A stretch of DNA of 63,975 bases, the filler included, from an uncultured Methanoregulaceae archaeon (GTDB lineage Archaea > Halobacteriota > Methanomicrobia > Methanomicrobiales > Methanospirillaceae), in NCBI GenBank assembly GCA_964530035.1. It is 7 parts of 7 records of this genome, joined end to end, with 100 filler letters (N's around TTAATTAATTAA, not from the genome) between each part and the next. Parts side by side here need not be neighbours in the genome. Positions count along the whole stretch, not along the records: positions 58,620 to 63,975 come from CAZGXZ010000167.1; 6 more parts are not named here. One strand, written 5' to 3'. A program made the translations under genes and the position numbers. Numbering within the stretch: position 1 is the first letter of the stretch; each line of letters opens with the position of its first letter. This document shows positions 62,384-63,975 of the stretch, in pieces. The notes below the pieces were generated by a model that saw nothing but the letters and a program-made list of their open reading frames with translations, did no database searches and had not been told where the DNA came from.

Positions 62384-63264
62384 AAAGGCTGGCGGTTATA
62401 AGTGGCAAGGGCGGGACGGGAAAAACCATGGTCACCGCTGCCCTTGCCCAGCTCCTTCCCGCGAGCCTCGTGCTGGCAGACTGCGACGTGGATGCCGCAA
62501 ACCTCGAACTCCTCTTAAAACCTGAAGCGACCCGCACGGAGCCGTTCATGGGCATGAAGATGGCTGTCATCAACCCAGCCGCCTGTACACGGTGCGGGAA
62601 ATGCATGGAGTACTGCCGTTTCAGGGCCATCGAGAGAACCAATGATGAATTCATCGTGAACCCCCTTCATTGCGAGGGGTGTGCGGTCTGCGTCCTGATG
62701 TGCCCGCCGGCCATAACCATGGAGCCGCGACAGACAGGGGAACTCCTGGACTCGGACACCGGACTGGGCCATCTTGTACACGCACGGCTCGTTCCAGGTG
62801 CAGGAAACTCCGGGCTCCTTGTCCATGCCGTGAAAAAGCATGCACTGGAAACGGACAGGGATCGGGACCTGTTCCTCATCGACGGGCCTCCCGGGACCGG
62901 TTGCCCCCTCATTTCAACCATAAGCGGCGTTGATTTCGTCCTCATCATCACGGAACCAAGCGTTTCGGCACTCCATGACCTTCAGCGGGTCGTCCAGGTA
63001 TGCCGCCAGTTCAGGCCACGGATCCTGGTGGCGATCAACCGTTTTGACCTCGAGTTGTCCATGAGTGACAAGGTACGTGAGTGGTGCCTTGGCGAGGGTA
63101 TCCCTGTTATCGGGATGATCCCTTTTGACCCCGCGGTCATCGAATCGGTGAGAAACGGCATCCCTGTGACCAGTTCCGGAACATCGCCGGCGGCGCAGGC
63201 TATCAAGGTGTTAAGGACGAACCTGGAGCGGGAACTGGGCTGCGAACCTGCCCGTGGCACATGA
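62380..63264 (+). CDS. second MinD/ParA-type ATPase with 4Fe-4S insert
   Basis: SGKGGTGKT, DCDVDAAN, CTRCGKC / CEGCAVC and DGPPGTGCP motifs. ATGA overlap. Confidence 0.92.
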   Translation: MKRLAVISGKGGTGKTMVTAALAQLLPASLVLADCDVDAANLELLLKPEATRTEPFMGMKMAVINPAACTRCGKCMEYCRFRAIERTNDEFIVNPLHCEGCAVCVLMCPPAITMEPRQTGELLDSDTGLGHLVHARLVPGAGNSGLLVHAVKKHALETDRDRDLFLIDGPPGTGCPLISTISGVDFVLIITEPSVSALHDLQRVVQVCRQFRPRILVAINRFDLELSMSDKVREWCLGEGIPVIGMIPFDPAVIESVRNGIPVTSSGTSPAAQAIKVLRTNLERELGCEPARGT

Positions 63265-63312
63265 TACCGGCTCCTGCCAGATGAAGGAAAAGATTCGAAC
63301 CTGGTATCCCGT

Positions 63313-63975
63313 ATGATCGCAGGACACGTCTTCGGCCCGGTCCCTTCACGGAGGCTGGGGTTGTCACTCGGGATTGACCTGGTCCCCTACAAGAACTGCA
63401 CATACGACTGCGTCTATTGCGAATGCGGACCAACAACGGTCCGTACCCTCACCAGGCAGACCTTTTTTCCCTTCGATGAGGTCAGGGATGACCTCCGGAG
63501 AGTCCTCTCTTCCCGGCCGCAGCTTGATTCGGTTACCCTGGCCGGATCCGGCGAACCTACACTCTCCCTGTCTCTGGGAGATACAATCCGTTGCGTGAAG
63601 AACGAGTTTCCGGAATATGTCATGAGCGTGCTTACCAACGGGAGCCTCCTTTCAAGGCCGGATGTGCAGGATGAACTGATGCCGGCGGACCGTGTAATAC
63701 CAACGCTTACCTCAGCATTCGAGGTCACCTTCCAGCAGATTTCGAGACCACATCCTTCCCTGACCATCGATACCGTTATCCGGGGGCTTGTTCAGTTCCG
63801 GCGCAGGTATTCCGGAATGCTGTGGCTGGAGGTGTTCATCATCCCGGGCCTGAACACCACGTACAGGGAGCTGAACGGGCTTAAATCAGCCATTGAACGG
63901 ATTAATCCGGACCAGGTACAACTCAACACCCTTGACCGCCCCCCTGCTGAAGAATGGGTGCGGGCGGCAACCGGG
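63313..63975 (+). CDS. radical SAM protein, COG0731/TYW1-like (3' partial, absent from the ORF track)
   Basis: Hand translation gives HVFGPVPSRRLGLSLGIDL..CTYDCVYCECG..GSGEPTL..LTNGS..QLNTLDRPP. Confidence 0.9.
   Translation, partial: MIAGHVFGPVPSRRLGLSLGIDLVPYKNCTYDCVYCECGPTTVRTLTRQTFFPFDEVRDDLRRVLSSRPQLDSVTLAGSGEPTLSLSLGDTIRCVKNEFPEYVMSVLTNGSLLSRPDVQDELMPADRVIPTLTSAFEVTFQQISRPHPSLTIDTVIRGLVQFRRRYSGMLWLEVFIIPGLNTTYRELNGLKSAIERINPDQVQLNTLDRPPAEEWVRAATG

Overview
This window is a concatenation of seven unrelated ~9-10 kb contigs from a hydrogenotrophic methanogen of the Methanomicrobiales (Methanoregulaceae/Methanolinea-like, inferred from mcrA, the ech genes and gene order). The contigs are joined by artificial 100-nt N/TTAATTAATTAA spacers and sorted by length, so adjacency across a spacer is meaningless. 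Contig 1: a glycogen-degradation/glycolysis cluster (GH57-DUF3536, malQ, glgP, pfkA, class I aldolase), an unusual in-frame SepCysS(N-half)-ThiI ORF and a PAPS-reductase-family gene. Contig 2: aglB, HDAC, nikR and the conserved eIF2g-PIN-rpoE1-spt4-DUF359-rps24e-rps27ae-kae1/bud32-rdgB operon. Contig 3: cdc48, acyl-CoA ligase, core metE, aspS and secreted proteins. Contig 4: echEF followed by at least three tandem secreted paralogs with a constant GATase-like N-terminal domain (~855 bp apparently identical in two copies) and shuffled, variable Cys-rich modules; this is the best candidate for an undescribed system. Contig 5: an mcp-cheW-satP operon, a hybrid kinase and two PEGA-PEBP paralogs. 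Contig 6: a second aglB, a glycosyltransferase and glmS/glmU/glmU/glmM. Contig 7: the mcrA 3' end, the MCR Gln C-methyltransferase and a NifX/ATPase-4Fe4S/radical SAM cluster. No rRNA, tRNA, CRISPR array or transposase was recognised. All family assignments come from motif recognition by eye, not database searches.
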